A DNA stretch of 64,000 nt from Paraspadella gotoi (GCA_051294375.1 JBJCIZ010000744.1:920262-984261); one strand, 5' to 3'. Counted from the stretch's first letter, positions 40,059 to 53,159 are shown. Program-made: numbers and translations. Notes: generated by a model from the sequence alone, not told the origin.

Positions 40059-40331
40059 TTATTGACAGCCTCTTGGACGACGACACGACGACGACGACTC
40101 TTCCTNNNNNNNNNNNNNNNNNNNNNNNNNCTTCCGATTTTTCCCTCCAGTTTTTGTACACCTTTTTTTGTCTTTTTTAGTATGTAGTAGATATACGTTT
40201 TCCTACATTTCGCCTTCTTCCTTTACGACTTCGTTAGTTAGACCCAGATTACCACCATCCCAGATAGAGTGGCGCCCAATGTGCTACTCCTACTTAACCA
40301 CTAAGGAAATCCCCAAACAATNNNNNNNNNN

Positions 40332-40725
40332 CGCTAAATCATCTCGTCTCAAAACGAACGTTCCGGGGTCAATCCTTGGGTATCAAGGTTCTGGCTTAAA
40401 GGTGACAGGACCGATCTGAACATGCTCGTGGGTCCGTAGCCCCTACACCCAACTCGCATCGCTCGCATCCCAGCCACCAATTACCCTCTCCAACGGGTAA
40501 GTCTTTTCCGATCCAAAGCGAAGAGAGAAAATGTCGAGCGACTCTCTCTCTGAGAAACGAAGACTCTCCCTCTCTATCATCTTCTCTGTCTCCCTCTCTA
40601 TCTTCTTCTTTCCTCTTCTTAATCTTCGCCTCCTTCTCTCCCTCCTCCTCTTCTTCTTCCTCAGCGGCGGCTCCGTAGTCTTGCAAGTTAACTTCGGGGT
40701 TCCATCTGGGGAGGGAGAAATGATA

Positions 40726-40771
<46 letters not shown>

Positions 40772-41205
40772 CGAGCGAGCCATAGACACTCTCCCACGCA
40801 CCTAATCTCACACAGTGCCCCTCTCCGCTCGACGACCGCTCGTCGACAGAGAATCGCCTTCAAGACGAATCTGCGGACGATCCTCTCGAGAAGTCGGGCG
40901 CCGCGACCCACGCCGGCGTCGACCTTGACGCACTCGATCCAAAGGGCGCCGGATTGGACGAGATCGGCGTCGTCGGATTCCGCGATGATCTTGACGGCGT
41001 CTTCTTCGTCAAAACCGGCGTCGGCGACGACGGAGAGAAAGAGATTGACGAGGAGGGCGCCGCGGGCGGAGGCGACGCAAGAGGAAGCGGCGTCGTCGGC
41101 GCCGGATTTGGAGTGAAAACTTGGAAGGATAAGAGTGGAATGTATGTCGCGTTTTGATCGTCTCCTTTCTTCTCTCCTTGCTGCACCCCCTCCTCCTCTT
41201 CTTCC

Positions 41206-41246
<41 letters not shown>

Positions 41247-42563
41247 GCTTAAGGGGCCAAGAGCTTCTCTTGAGTTTCTTTCAATCTAATATACAATACA
41301 ATACACCCTGGTCCCTTTTTTAACTTTCTCCCCTTAAAATAATTAATTCGGCATTTTACATTCGGCGACATCCTCCGACCATCGCCCTCACCCTTAACTC
41401 ACCCTCCGAATTTCCCCTCGAAATCCCGAAGAAAATCGGCCGAAGTTCATTTCTGAGAAATGAGGCGGGAGCTCGCCGCTCAGCGCCTCAGGCCCTTGAC
41501 GAGGCGTTCCAAGCGGCGGTCGAGGCCGAGGACGGCATCTGCGGCGTCGACGGGAAGTTGGGGGGGTTCGCCGGAGAAGAAGAGGGAGGAGAATAGGGAG
41601 GAGGAAGAGGAAGAGGAAAAGGGGAGAGGGCGGAGGTCGACGTCATCTTCTTCGTGGTCGTCGACGTCTGGAGAATAGATGAATGAATGAATGAATGAAT
41701 GAATGAATGAATGAATGAATAAATGAATAAATAAAAAAAATAAAATTTATTTTTCCTCACAACAGAAACTCATTGACAAATTTAAACTCCGAGGTGACCG
41801 AGAGAAGTGGTCACTATGCCCCTCGGACTTTATGGATAGCTATCACACTGTTCAGAAGATTTGAAAGATTTTTTTTCTTTTCCGAAACTTTTGATCCAAC
41901 GGGAGATTTGGTACGGGTGGTTTAACCGGATTGTTTCGACCAGGGCTAGAAACCGGGACCATTGGTGAGGCGACTTACCACCGGTCTCTCTCTCTAAACC
42001 CTTCCTCTTTCCTCTTTCTCCGAGCCGGTCAATCCACACGGTCACTTTGCCATAGCTTTGGCAATGACCTTAGATTGACCGGACACAGCAATAGGACCGA
42101 GGCGACCGTAAGGTCAAATTGGTCCGGGCGATGATAAAAGTGGATCAGGAGAGAGCTCGTCTCACTTCTTTTCTACTTCTCTTACATCGTCACAATTCTT
42201 CACCTTCTCCTTACTTTTATTATTACTATTTTTCGTCTTCTACATTGGTTTCAATTCAACAAAGACGACAAAATCCTCACCATCTTCTTCTTCCTCCTCC
42301 TCTTCCTCCTCCTCTTCCTCCTGGACGACATGAAACCGCAACTGCAGCCTCCCTTCTTTCATCGCGACGCCGACTCCTCGGGAGACCACGAGTTTCCCCA
42401 TCAAATCTTTGACGAGCGTTTCCACGATGCGAGATCCGCGGGCGACGGTTTGGCCGACGAGGACTTTCTCCAGCCAGAGGGAGCCTCGCTGGAGAAGCTG
42501 GTGTTGCAGAAGAGGGGAGTGATGGAGTGGATTTAAAATTAGGATCGTTGTTGTTGTTGTCAT
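40332..42563 (-). CDS. Exons of unknown spliced gene(s): acidic/charged and Cys-containing exon ~40396-40706, Ser/Pro-rich exon ~40860-41120, further exons to ~42560
   Basis: GC-rich ORF segments separated by AT-rich or microsatellite introns. Acceptor-like CTCCCCAG precedes WNPEVNLQDYG. Frames are disturbed by indels. Confidence 0.4.
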
Positions 42564-42597
42564 CGCAAGAATGGTCAAATGGATAGGAACTCCATTA

Positions 42598-44587
42598 TTA
42601 CTTAAACCAATGAGCCATTAGAAATTTGTGGTTGCCCATTCTGAGAGTTTTAATACTTACATTAGGGTTGTCCTGTGCGCAGCATCGAGGACGAAGCTTT
42701 AACACGTCGGCGACTTCAAAGAAAAACTGAGTCATGTTCTTCGTCTCCATTTTGAGTTCGATCAAATCGGCGAAAGAATTGAAGGCGTGGTCCGAGTAGC
42801 TGAGGAAAATAATAATAATAATAATAATAATTATAGATTTAAAATAACTTAACATCGCAGGGGATAACAACCACCTCGGAACCAAACGGATAAGAGACAC
42901 CGGCAAATACCACAAGAATGATTTTTCGCCGTGGAAACGGTACTGGCCAATCAGCGAGCAAGCTCGAGGTAGTTGTAAAAATCTCCTGAATTAACCCCCC
43001 CAAGCATGATTCCAAGTCTACGGCCCGTCCCATGGCTGCCAGAGGGGAAAAGAAGTTGCGGATAATCATCTTCAGACCAGTGGATAATATCCAAGATCCC
43101 CTGCAACCCATTGAAGTCGGTCAATACCGATTGTCATTCTGTCCCTCTGTCAGTTTATTCTTCCCTCAGTCCGTCTCAACATCCTTCCATTCATACAACT
43201 CACGTGGCTGCAGGAAATAAAGCGGTGAGTTTCTTTCTGAAGCAGCGGCGCATCCTCTTGAAGGCGACGTCGAGGCGGAGAGGATCGTCCACAAGATCCG
43301 CGGCCTCGATTTCCTCTTGGGTGCAGAAGATGCTGGGTGGGGCGCCTCTGATAAAGGAAGCGCAACAATTTAACTTAGATTCTATGTATTTAGTTGTTAA
43401 GTTAAAATTTAAGTTTGCTTAAAGGTTGCTAAAATAATAAACCCTCCAACCTTTTAGGATCCTTGGTTGCTGCGAATGCTGCGGCAGCTGCTTCAGCTTT
43501 CGCCTCCGCGGCAGCTGCAGCGGCCGACGCAGCCGAAAAAGGTTCCGCATCAAACAGCAGCGGCTCTGCCGCGTCGGGACCGCCGGAAGGAGGGGCGACC
43601 GGCGAGCCGTGCGGGGCCTGACGAGCGTCCGAATGAGCAAGGCCGATTAGCGTGTCGGACAGGGTCTTGCCGGAAGAGGAGACCAAATGGGAAACGTTCA
43701 TCGACGCCGAAGACTTGGTCGGAGCCGACGGCTGCTGAGGCGGCGGAGGCGGCGGGAGCGGCGGCGGAAACCGGAAAGACGAAGGCAGCGGAATATTGGC
43801 GGTCGAGGATGGATGCGTCGGCAGAGGAATCGCCGACGTCTGTGTCGGCAGAGGAATAGATGGAATCTGCGTCGGCATAGGATTTGCCGACGAGCGCACC
43901 GGCAAGTCCTGCGGCGCATTTCCCTTCGGCGTCAGGGAAAACATCTTCGGCGGCGTCGGCGTCGGCGCCGGATCCGGATTCGATCCCGCGACCTTTTCCG
44001 TCGTCTCCGCCTCTGATTTCGTCTCGCACCAACAGAGGGACAAATTCGAGTTTTGCTCTATCACCTGGAAAAAGTAGGAAGAATTGGAAATATTATTAAT
44101 AATATTAAACAGGGAATTAACTTTCCAAAAGTAAGATTGGCTTCGAAAAGAAATGGGAAGCCATCGTCGTCCGAGACAAAAATCGTCGTCGTTGTCATCG
44201 AGTTTGTCACCGTCTTTGTCGTCATGACGTTGTTGTCATCGTCGTCCTGACCTCGACGTCTTCGGAGAAGAGGCAATCGGCGATGAATTCTCTCGAGATT
44301 CTCCAAAGAGGATTCGATTCTTGAGGTGGAATTTTGGTGACGAAAACGTTTTCGATCTGTGAAGATGGATGAATTAATTAATTAATAAATGAATGAATGA
44401 ATGAATAAATGAGCGAACAAGAGAACAAAAAGGAACGAACCCAAAAAGCAGCTCCGTGTTCGACCTCCCTCGGCCACTCGTCCGCCCAAAGATTGACGAT
44501 TTTTCCAGGATCCTCGACTTGACGAGCGCGGGCGTCGAAGGGAACGAGGTGTGCCGCGAATCCCACGCTCTGGAGGAAGACAGAAAA

Positions 44588-44639
<52 letters not shown>

Positions 44640-44928
44640 TTGAGCTCGCGGCTGAAGAGTTGCGGCAGAGTGGCGCAGGTGGCGTTCAAGTGGCGGTCAA
44701 CGAATGTCGCCGCCTCCAGAGCTGTTGGAGAAAAGAGGAGGGGTGAGGGAGAAGTTAATGCTGGAGTAGACTGTGGACAGGGTGATGGAGAAACTGAAAT
44801 CGCTTCACCTTTTCCGCGCAGAAATGTTCCGCCGCCGACGGCCTTAACTTTCTCCGCGTAACGAGGACAACAGGATTTGATCGAATTCATCAACTCGACA
44901 AATTTCTTGCGCAGCATCGGCTGAATAT

Positions 44929-44987
<59 letters not shown>

Positions 44988-45829
44988 GAAGATGAAAAGA
45001 AGCTACGAGGCGTTAAGTAAGCAGGCTGAAAACCCCGATCGGCTAATGACCTTACCTTAGAGAATATCCCCTGAGTCGGCGGCGCCATGGGCGGGAGGAT
45101 CGGCCGCGGCGGCGGAGCGGAGGCGAGCGGCTCCGCGGCGGCGGGCGCTGCGGGCTTCACGCCGCCCCAAACGAGGCGAAGCGAATCTTCGTCGTCGATT
45201 TCGGATTCGAGAGAAAAAGACTCGATCTTCATCGGAGGAAATCACGTCAAGTTTAGTAAAATGATTTTAAATATAATTTAACAAAAAATACTCTCACCAA
45301 CAGACTGGCCACGAAGTCCCTGACGGCGCCTTCCAAAAAGGTCTGCCCGATCTTCTCCAGTCTCGCCACCCTCACGTTCTCCACCCAAAATTCTCCTCGA
45401 TTGTGGAAATACTCCGGACAGGGTCGAAGGAGGAGGTCGACCCTTTCCACGGATCCACCGCGGAATCCCTCGACGACCAGGTGGGCGCGGAGACCGGTTG
45501 ACTGCGGTGGGGGGGTACCTAGTTATATGCTTATCGTATGTCAGGCATACATACCCTCGTATACGCCCAAAAACAGAAACGGCCAATAAAAACAGCGAAC
45601 AAAAGGTAACAACAGCCGACGACGACATCCTATACCCCATCATCATCACCTCAAGCTGCTCCATCAACTTCTTGAAGAGAGTCTGCGGTGGATCTTTCGA
45701 TCCGGATTTGATCGAATAGAAATATTGAGAGACGTCGTAGGCTGAACCCAACGCTTTGCCTTTAAGGAGGAAAAAATGCGTTGGTTTGGAGAATTCACAA
45801 TAAAATCGAGATCTCATGAAAGGAGCCAA
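42598..45829 (-). CDS. Multi-exon gene(s) of unknown function with short introns
   Basis: Frame-preserving introns at 44921-45055 (GTAAG...TTCAG, 135 nt) and 44570-44638 (GTTGAG...TCCAG, 69 nt). GTGAG donors at ~45297 and ~43202. A Pro/Ala-rich exon lies at 43441-44064 among globular-looking exons. Confidence 0.6.
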
Positions 45830-46640
45830 ATAGGCCGCTATAAATCAGTTTCTATTCCTTATTTACTTAATACTTATAACGTTTTTTATTGTTTAAAAAC
45901 ACAGTAAATTTGAAACAAAAATAACGGACATGTTTCGGCTCTGATGAATGCCTATTAATACAGGTTGTACGAATTACAATAAATATCGGTTTGTAAGATT
46001 TGTAAAATTCCTCCACAAACTGTCTCTCTTCAACTCGTTCTCTCTCCGTTCATTCCTCAATCTTCTCCCCCAACATCTCTATCCCCCTACCTTACCTCTC
46101 TATCCCTACCTCTCTATCCCCCTACAACTCTTTCCCCCCCCCAACCTTCCCTTCTCTCACCTCTCTTCGCAGGGTCCTCCACTTCCCTCAAGGTGTCGAC
46201 GAAGCGCTCGAGGAAGAAGAGAAGACCTTCAACGAGTTCCTTCATCTTCTTCTCGACGACGCGGAGGGGCAGAGGATCGACGGGACACTTGAGCGGCTGC
46301 ATCGGGTGTTCGCGCTAAAGCGGCGGCGAGGGGGAGGAACAGGGTAAAGGATACAATAAGTCTATTAACCGCCATGACATTGGTACAACAAATACGAAAA
46401 CTTAGCATTTTTTTGCATTTTGCCCCTGACTTTGTAGTTTGTACAAGCTATGGTGGTGGTGAGTGGTGGTGGTGAGTGGTGGTGGTGAGTTAAAAGCCTC
46501 CATCCCTCTGACAAAATTGAACCACGCAAGCTTTTCCTATTAACCCTGAGAATTGATATGAAGTTGGAAATTGGTTTTTGTACTATTTCAACAGTATTAT
46601 TAATTATTAAAATAAAAAGAGCTGTCATGAACTTAGTACA

Positions 46641-47700
46641 TTAGATGCTAAACGTTTGATTGCTCGACAAACTTCTTGATAAAACTAAAGTATAATCAAA
46701 ATTCCCCACCTGATACTGCAAACTGAAATACTGCGGCTCCGGCGGCGCCTGCTGCGGCGGCGGCAGCATCGAGGGAGGCGGAAGCCGGATGTCGGGCATC
46801 GGAAGAGACGTGGAAGTGCCGAGAGGGATGCCGGGAGGAATGTTCTGGGATGGACCGAGCGAGATGCCGGGAGAAGATCCACTTTCCTTTTCCGCCTCTT
46901 TTCTCTTTGCATCCTCTTCCTCCTCTTTCTTCTTCCTCCTCTCTTCCTTCTTCCTCGTTTCCTCCTTCACTTCCTCTCTCAATTCCTCCTGCCTCTTCTC
47001 CTCTTCATCCAATTTCCTCCTCGTCTCTTCTTTCGTCTTTCGTGATTCTGGTTTCATGCAAAACTCTGACGCATGGCCCTGGAGGGAGAGGGAGAGAGAG
47101 GGAGGGATGGAGAGGAAGGGGGAGGAGAGAGGAAGGGGAGGGGGAGAGAGAGGAAGATGGAAAGAGAGGAAGAGGGAGAGAGAGAGTAAGAGGAGAGAGA
47201 GGGAGAGAGGAAGAAAGAGGAAGAGAGAGGGGAGAGGAGGGGAGGGAGGGGAGGGAGTGGAGAGGGAAGGGAGGAAGGGGGAGGAGAGAGGAAGGGGAGA
47301 GAGGGAAGGGGAGAGAGAGAAGAGAAAAAGAGGGAGAGGATAGGAAGAGGGAGAGAGCGGAAGAGAGAGAGGGAGAGAAAGAGAAAGGAGGAGGCAAGGA
47401 TAAGTGACAGGAAAAAGGGGGAGAGAGAGAGATAAGAAAAGAATCAAAATTCACTAAATCGATCCAAAAAATCCTTTTACATAAATCCACTCATCCCGAC
47501 AAACATTCACACAAGTCCCAGCTCCAACCCCCCCCTGACCGTCCCCCGAGCTCCGCACCCTGGCGCCGCAGAGACCGCAGACCGGAAGCAACTTCTTCTT
47601 GAGAGATTTGGGACGGAGGAGATGATCGTAGCGGAAGGCGCCGGCGGGGGCGTCGGCGAAGGAGTGGAAGAGGCCCAGGACTGACGAAGAGGAGATCCCG
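46641..47700 (-). CDS. Spliced gene end: Cys-rich exon (~47480-47700), polypyrimidine intron, terminal exon 46641-47078 (GHASEFC, charged coiled coil, Pro-rich tail)
   Basis: CCCTCCAG acceptor at 47079-47081 after a ~350-nt CT-rich tract, then an open frame to the stop at 46641. Confidence 0.5.
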
Positions 47701-48329
47701 AGAAAAATATTTTTTATCGACTTTTTAATGAATTTATTTTAACGACTGAAAATTTTTAAAAAAGGCGCATTTATTCAAAATTTCAGAAACGAGGCGAAGA
47801 AATCTCGCGAGGCGGAAGAAAATTAGGGGCGATTAATTGTGGACCAATAAAATCGCGTTTCATTTTTTAGCCATCGCGAATAAATAAATTAATAATGAGA
47901 TTAAAATTGACTCTGCTAACGATTTGAGCGATTGATCGAGGGACGGAATGATTGATTGATTGAATGATTGATTGAATGAGCGAAAGAGCAAAAGCTGGAA
48001 TGAAGTGAAATTAATGATGATAATTAATATTAAATTAATGAGATGAGATAAAGCAAGATTTAATTATTTATGAATGGTAAAGAAGTAAAAAGAGAAAAGG
48101 ATCATTGGTGTTTTTTTTCCCTTACCTAATTCCCCTGCCCGACCCTCTTCCTCCGCCAGCCGACAGTAGTCGGCCTCCCTCGCCCGACGGACGAAGAGTT
48201 GGAAGCCCCGACGCTCGGCCTCCGAAGGCGTGGGACCCAAGGCGCGGGCGACGACGACGGAGGCGACGATGAAGACGAATTCGAAACAGGAAGACGACGA
48301 GAGGGGAGAGGGGGTGGCTAAGGGGGATT

Positions 48330-48374
<45 letters not shown>

Positions 48375-49080
48375 GAGGAGAGGGAGAGAGATATCGTAAA
48401 ACCTCATTGGAGGTGCAGTCGAATTAATTCGCGTCCCACAAATTCCTTTTATTTTCGATATTTTCTGCGAGAAAAAAAACTTGGAACGAAAAGTGACAAT
48501 GAATTTCAGCGGCATTAGGTACGATTAAGTATTAGACTATTAGTATTGAGCATGCACGCTCAATACTAATAATGCTCAATGAGCACTTCGTATCTCGTAT
48601 CTCTCGCTCTCTCACTCTCCAGCAACTTGCTCAAAACGAAGTCCATTATTCCATCGCATGACCTCATTGCATCAACAAATGGACCATCTACTTTTATCCT
48701 CACCTTTGACGTCTAGTTTCCAATCAGTGTCCGTTTCGCGAAAGATCTCGACGACGGGTTCGCGCCAGGGATTCCGCGCCGACGACGACGACGACGACGA
48801 CGGGAGATCGATGAGTTTGAGTCGGAAGATGATTTCGGCGAAGTCGACGAGACGTTGGGGCGGACGAGTGGATGGAGGAAGACCCTGGGATTCGTATGGA
48901 TATAGAAAAAAAATATTAAGTGAAATGCCTATTACAGGATTAACGTTTTATAATATCTATTTAAAATTTAAGGAGATACAAAAAAACAACAAGTTATATC
49001 AACGATATTGAAGNNNNNNNNNNGTAAATATGGTATTTAAAATTGAAAAAGCAGCAACTAAAAATATAATTTGACCTCAC

Positions 49081-51723
49081 CTTAACGACGGGCGACTTGA
49101 GTCCCGTCGCCGACTTCAAAGGCGGATGCACTTTGATCTCCGCCTCCAAATCTTCGTCTTCGTCAAGGTCGTCGTTGTCGTCGCCGCCCAAGATCCGGCG
49201 CCGGAGGGAAGCCAACCACGAGTTGGAGGACGTGGGGGATGACGGGGTGTCGGGGGCAAAGGACGGCGCCGGGATGGCAGCCGGAGGTGGAGGGGTGGTG
49301 TAGGAGAGGGATGTAGAGATCGGTGTAAGCGTTGGGCGGGTGGTAGAAGAGGGCGGGGGTACGGCCGATGGCAGCGCCACGGCCTTTGGCGGCGCCACGG
49401 CCTTTGGCGGCCCCATTGCCTTTGGCGGCGCCGCGGCCTTTGGCGGCGCCGCGGCCTTTGGCGATGGCACGGGCGATGGCACGGCCGATGGCGGCGACTT
49501 CGCCATGGTTGGCGTATTGGCCGCAGGCGGGGAAGGGTTAGAATATGAGTCAATGACATCGGAAGGGATTGGATCATTTCGTACAACTTTAGGGACGAAG
49601 TCTCTCGACCTCGAAGTGGATCGACAGTCCAAGGATAGAACTTGGTTGGACGAAGCTTTGGAGGAAGATGATTTTGAAGAGAATGAGGAATGTGAATCGT
49701 CGTCTTTCTCACGAGAAGATGATCTCTTATGTGAAGAAGTTTTATGGTCGGTAAATTTATGGACAGTTGCTTGACTCGAACATTTATCCGGCGCTCTATT
49801 TCTTGGGAGAGAGTCTTCAGAGGAAAGAGTTGAATCTTTTCTCTTTTCTTCGCCATCGGATCGAATTAGAGGAATTACTTGGTAAAGATCGGGGCTCGGT
49901 GACTTACTCGGCGATTTATCAATGGAAAGGGAGCCGGCACCTAGAGGGGAGGGAGATTTACTTGTATTCTTTGAAGATAATTTATCACAGGTTGGATCAT
50001 CATCCCCAACTGTCATGTTTCCTTTCTTTTTAGCGGTATCTGTGCTGGGTATGTCCCACCGGTTTCTTTTCTTTGAGATAGATGTTTTTGCAACTGGTGA
50101 CAAGTTTACTTCTTGCTTTATGAAGTTACTTTTTTGTCCACTTTTATGTATTAGTTGGATATTGTCGAAAATGGGAGACTCTCTCGATGCTCGATTTCTT
50201 GAAGAGCTTGATAAAATTTTATCATCGGCAGGGACACACATCTCAACTGATTCAATTTCTTTTGGGATTTGTTGGGCGTTCACTGGGCTGTTTGATTTAT
50301 TCGTTGATTGCTTCATCGAGATTGAGCTACAGGATCCAACATTATCCCTAATTTTGCTATCAAAATCAAATAGCTCCCTTTCAGGGGTAGGAGATCTATT
50401 CCAAGCCTGATTTCTAGATTTCTTATTTGCTGGAGCAGAATCAATAGCAACGATTCCTTTCCTTTTACCATCAAAATGAATTTGTGTGTTTTGTGTATTA
50501 TCTGGACTTGGTGATTTATTCCATGCTCTGTTTCTTGATTTCTTAACTGGAGCATTAAGCGTAACTATTTCTCTATCAGATTGCATCAGCGGCATAACTG
50601 TGGGAAGGTCCGGGATGGAACTCGAAGACAATTTTTTGTTCGTATTGTGATCCATGACACTTCTTTCTTTTTTAGTATCAAAATGTGCTTGTGTGATGTC
50701 TGGTGTATCATCTGGACTGGGTGATTTGTTCCAAGCTCTATTCCTTGAAACAAAAGTAGAAGCAAATTTATGCGAAGGGTTATGATTCGCTTCTTCATTA
50801 TAATTAGTAAGTGTGGATGGGACGTCCTTAGTATAATCTGAGCTGGGTGAGTTGTTCCATGCTCTATTTCTGGAGTTGGAACAGGAGAAAGATTTTTTAG
50901 CAAAATCATTACCCATGACCCTTTTACCATCAGATTGCATAATCGGTTTAACTGAGGGAATGTGTGGGCTGGGTGATTTATTCCACTCTCTATTTCGTGA
51001 AATTTTTTGAGTTGAACTGTGAACCAAAACACTATCACTATCTTCCTTTTTATGAACTGCATGTAACTGTAGAAACTTGGAATCATCTTCAGGTGTGGGT
51101 GATTTATTCCAAGCTCTATTCCTGGAGCTAGAAGTAACTTTTGGGGCTAGATTGTGATCCATGAAAGTTTCAGCACATTTCTTTTTATGATCAGCATCTG
51201 TCTGTGAGACTTTTAAGAGATCTTCTGGACTTGGTGATCTATTCCATGCTCGATTCCTGGAAACGGAGCTAGAATATTTTTTGGCCGAATTGTAATCCAT
51301 CTTCGGAGCAGTCACCGTGGAATCATCCGGGCTTGGCGACTTATTCCAGACTTTATTCCTCGAAATTTTTTTACCTACATTGTGATCCATAAGAGTATCA
51401 TTAACTTTCTTTTTACGATCATCATGTGTCTGTTGGAACTCTACATCATCATTATCAGGACTGGGCGATTTATTCCATGCTCTATTCCTTCTCGTGACTG
51501 ATGTTAAAGAGAATTTTCCCCTGTGAGTTCCCAAATTCCCGCTCTCCCTCTGCCCTTCTAAAGAGAAAGGCCCAGGAAAAGCCCTTGAGGAACGAGCGCC
51601 GGTTGACGATCCCATTGAGCCAACGGAGAATCCTCCAAAGATTTTCTTCTTCAGATCTTCCAAGGCCTCCTCGTCGTCGTCGTCGTTGGGACGACGACGA
51701 GGACGATTTTCATTGCTCATCAT
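49081..51723 (-). CDS. Large first exon (~880 codons) of a disordered Ser/Lys-rich protein with SRNRAWNKSPSP repeats and PPKAxA repeats
   Basis: Longest clean ORF in the window, with an ATG start. Donor AAG|GTGAGG at 49080, so the last ~29 residues of the listed 909-aa ORF are intronic. A further exon is likely at ~48705-48885. Confidence 0.8.
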
Positions 51724-53159
51724 TCGTACAATGTCGATAAAATCTTAGTGAAACATAGATCACTCACATACATATGTAGTCATATACTATATATTATTCT
51801 GTCACGAAATTCTAAAAAGAAAAAATAAAATTAAGGGTAATAAATGAAAAATACGCTAATAATAGACGAATTACAGCGAGACGCAATAAAATAATAAATG
51901 CAAATGACAGCGCAAGTCGTCTGAAGTCCATACTCCACACTGCTTTGCATGTAGAGCGGCTACTCTACAGGCACAAGACAAAGTGAAGGCTAAAGATTAT
52001 GGCCAAGGCCAAAGCATTGACGTTGCGACCTACAAACCATAATGTGGCGGCATTGATTTACGATCTATCTATCGATCTGTTTAAACTCGTATTTCTCACT
52101 TGCTAGGGCGATGCTCGTTACACAACTAATTCAAAAGCATCAGAGACTAAAGGCAAGGCAGAGCGAATACGATAACCATAATATACTTTGCCAGGTTGAC
52201 CGGAAGGCCAATACAATTTTCCTACCACTAAATCAAAAGAAAGCTTCAAGTTATTTAATGTTCATTAACCAAAAATACTTAAAACTACAAAATACGACGT
52301 CAACATTCCTCCAAGCTCCACCCTCTCTCTTCATCCGAACCTGCAATCTCGGACTGCATCTTCGACTTGGACGACAGCGGGCGGCGACGACGGAAGGCAT
52401 TGGGAGTGATTGAGGGCGGGGATGTTACGTCAATAAGCGACAACATCTTCCATCGGCGGCTGCGGCGTTTCCAGCCTCCGCCTTTGACATTTTCCTTGTT
52501 AGAGATCGCATCCAGATTCCACGATATTTTGCGCAGACTTGAATTATTGCACGTAGTTGGGTTATTGTGTGACCTTTTGCACATCGAAAATGCTTTCAGT
52601 GATCGCAGGTGCGCCTTTCACCTTGAGATCGCAAGCTCCCTCCGTTGTCCAGGCGCAAACCGTTCGATGTTTCTCGACTATGTAAACTTTCCCCTTGACT
52701 GCGTTTCTCCGAGAGAGAGAGAGAGAGAGAGAGAGTTTGGCATCGAGAATCAGGTGGGCGTGACATAATTATGGTGCCATGATTCAGATTGTATGATTCC
52801 ACATCCAACAAACGGATAAATCGTGTAGAGAAAGTTGTTTTTGAATGTCGTGAAACTTCGCAAAGATCATAACGTATCAGTATTAACGTAAAAGTAGCTC
52901 AAAGCTCATCATACAGAAGATTAAAGATTGTTGATGTCAAAATAAAAAGGTTATTTCGTTTCCTCCACCATTTTTTTTTTTTGTTAAGAGTTTCAGGATT
53001 AGGTGAATGCCCGTTTTAGTATTAAGCGAATGGCCTATTCAGGATTAAGCGAATCCCTTTCAAAGATTAGGCTATGTCGCCAAGAAAGAGACTTTCCCAC
53101 CCACTACCGCCCCGTCGTCCGCTTTCCACCACCCCCACCCGTCCCTCCTTTCCTCCTAA

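Larger units (their letters stand above)
4230..40105. repeat. Giant inverted duplication: arms 4230-21949 and 22517-40105, spacer = 25-N gap plus a copy of segment X
   Basis: Mirrored ORFs have constant coordinate sums of 44335 (outer) and 44466 (inner). 4230-17396/26939-40105 and 19839-21949/22517-24627 appear identical. 17397-19838/24628-26938 differ by many indels. Confidence 0.97.

Noticed and set aside
44065-44121. Exact 57-nt intron joining the 44306 and 44064 exons
   Set aside because: This GT-AG pair creates an immediate stop in the expected frame, so the junction is unresolved.
46789-47490. Long ORFs rich in E/R/G or S/L/P (also 231-836 and other ERERER or SLSLSL ORFs)
   Set aside because: Stop-free by-products of purine or pyrimidine tracts, or antisense shadows of real exons.
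50380-51500. Regularly spaced DNA repeats (gatttattcca.gctctatt) resembling a repeat-spacer array
   Set aside because: They are in-frame codons of the protein repeat within one ORF, with synonymous variation.
52300-52811. Small minus-strand gene between the repeat protein and ACP7
   Set aside because: GC-rich and plausible, but frame, splice sites and product could not be supported.
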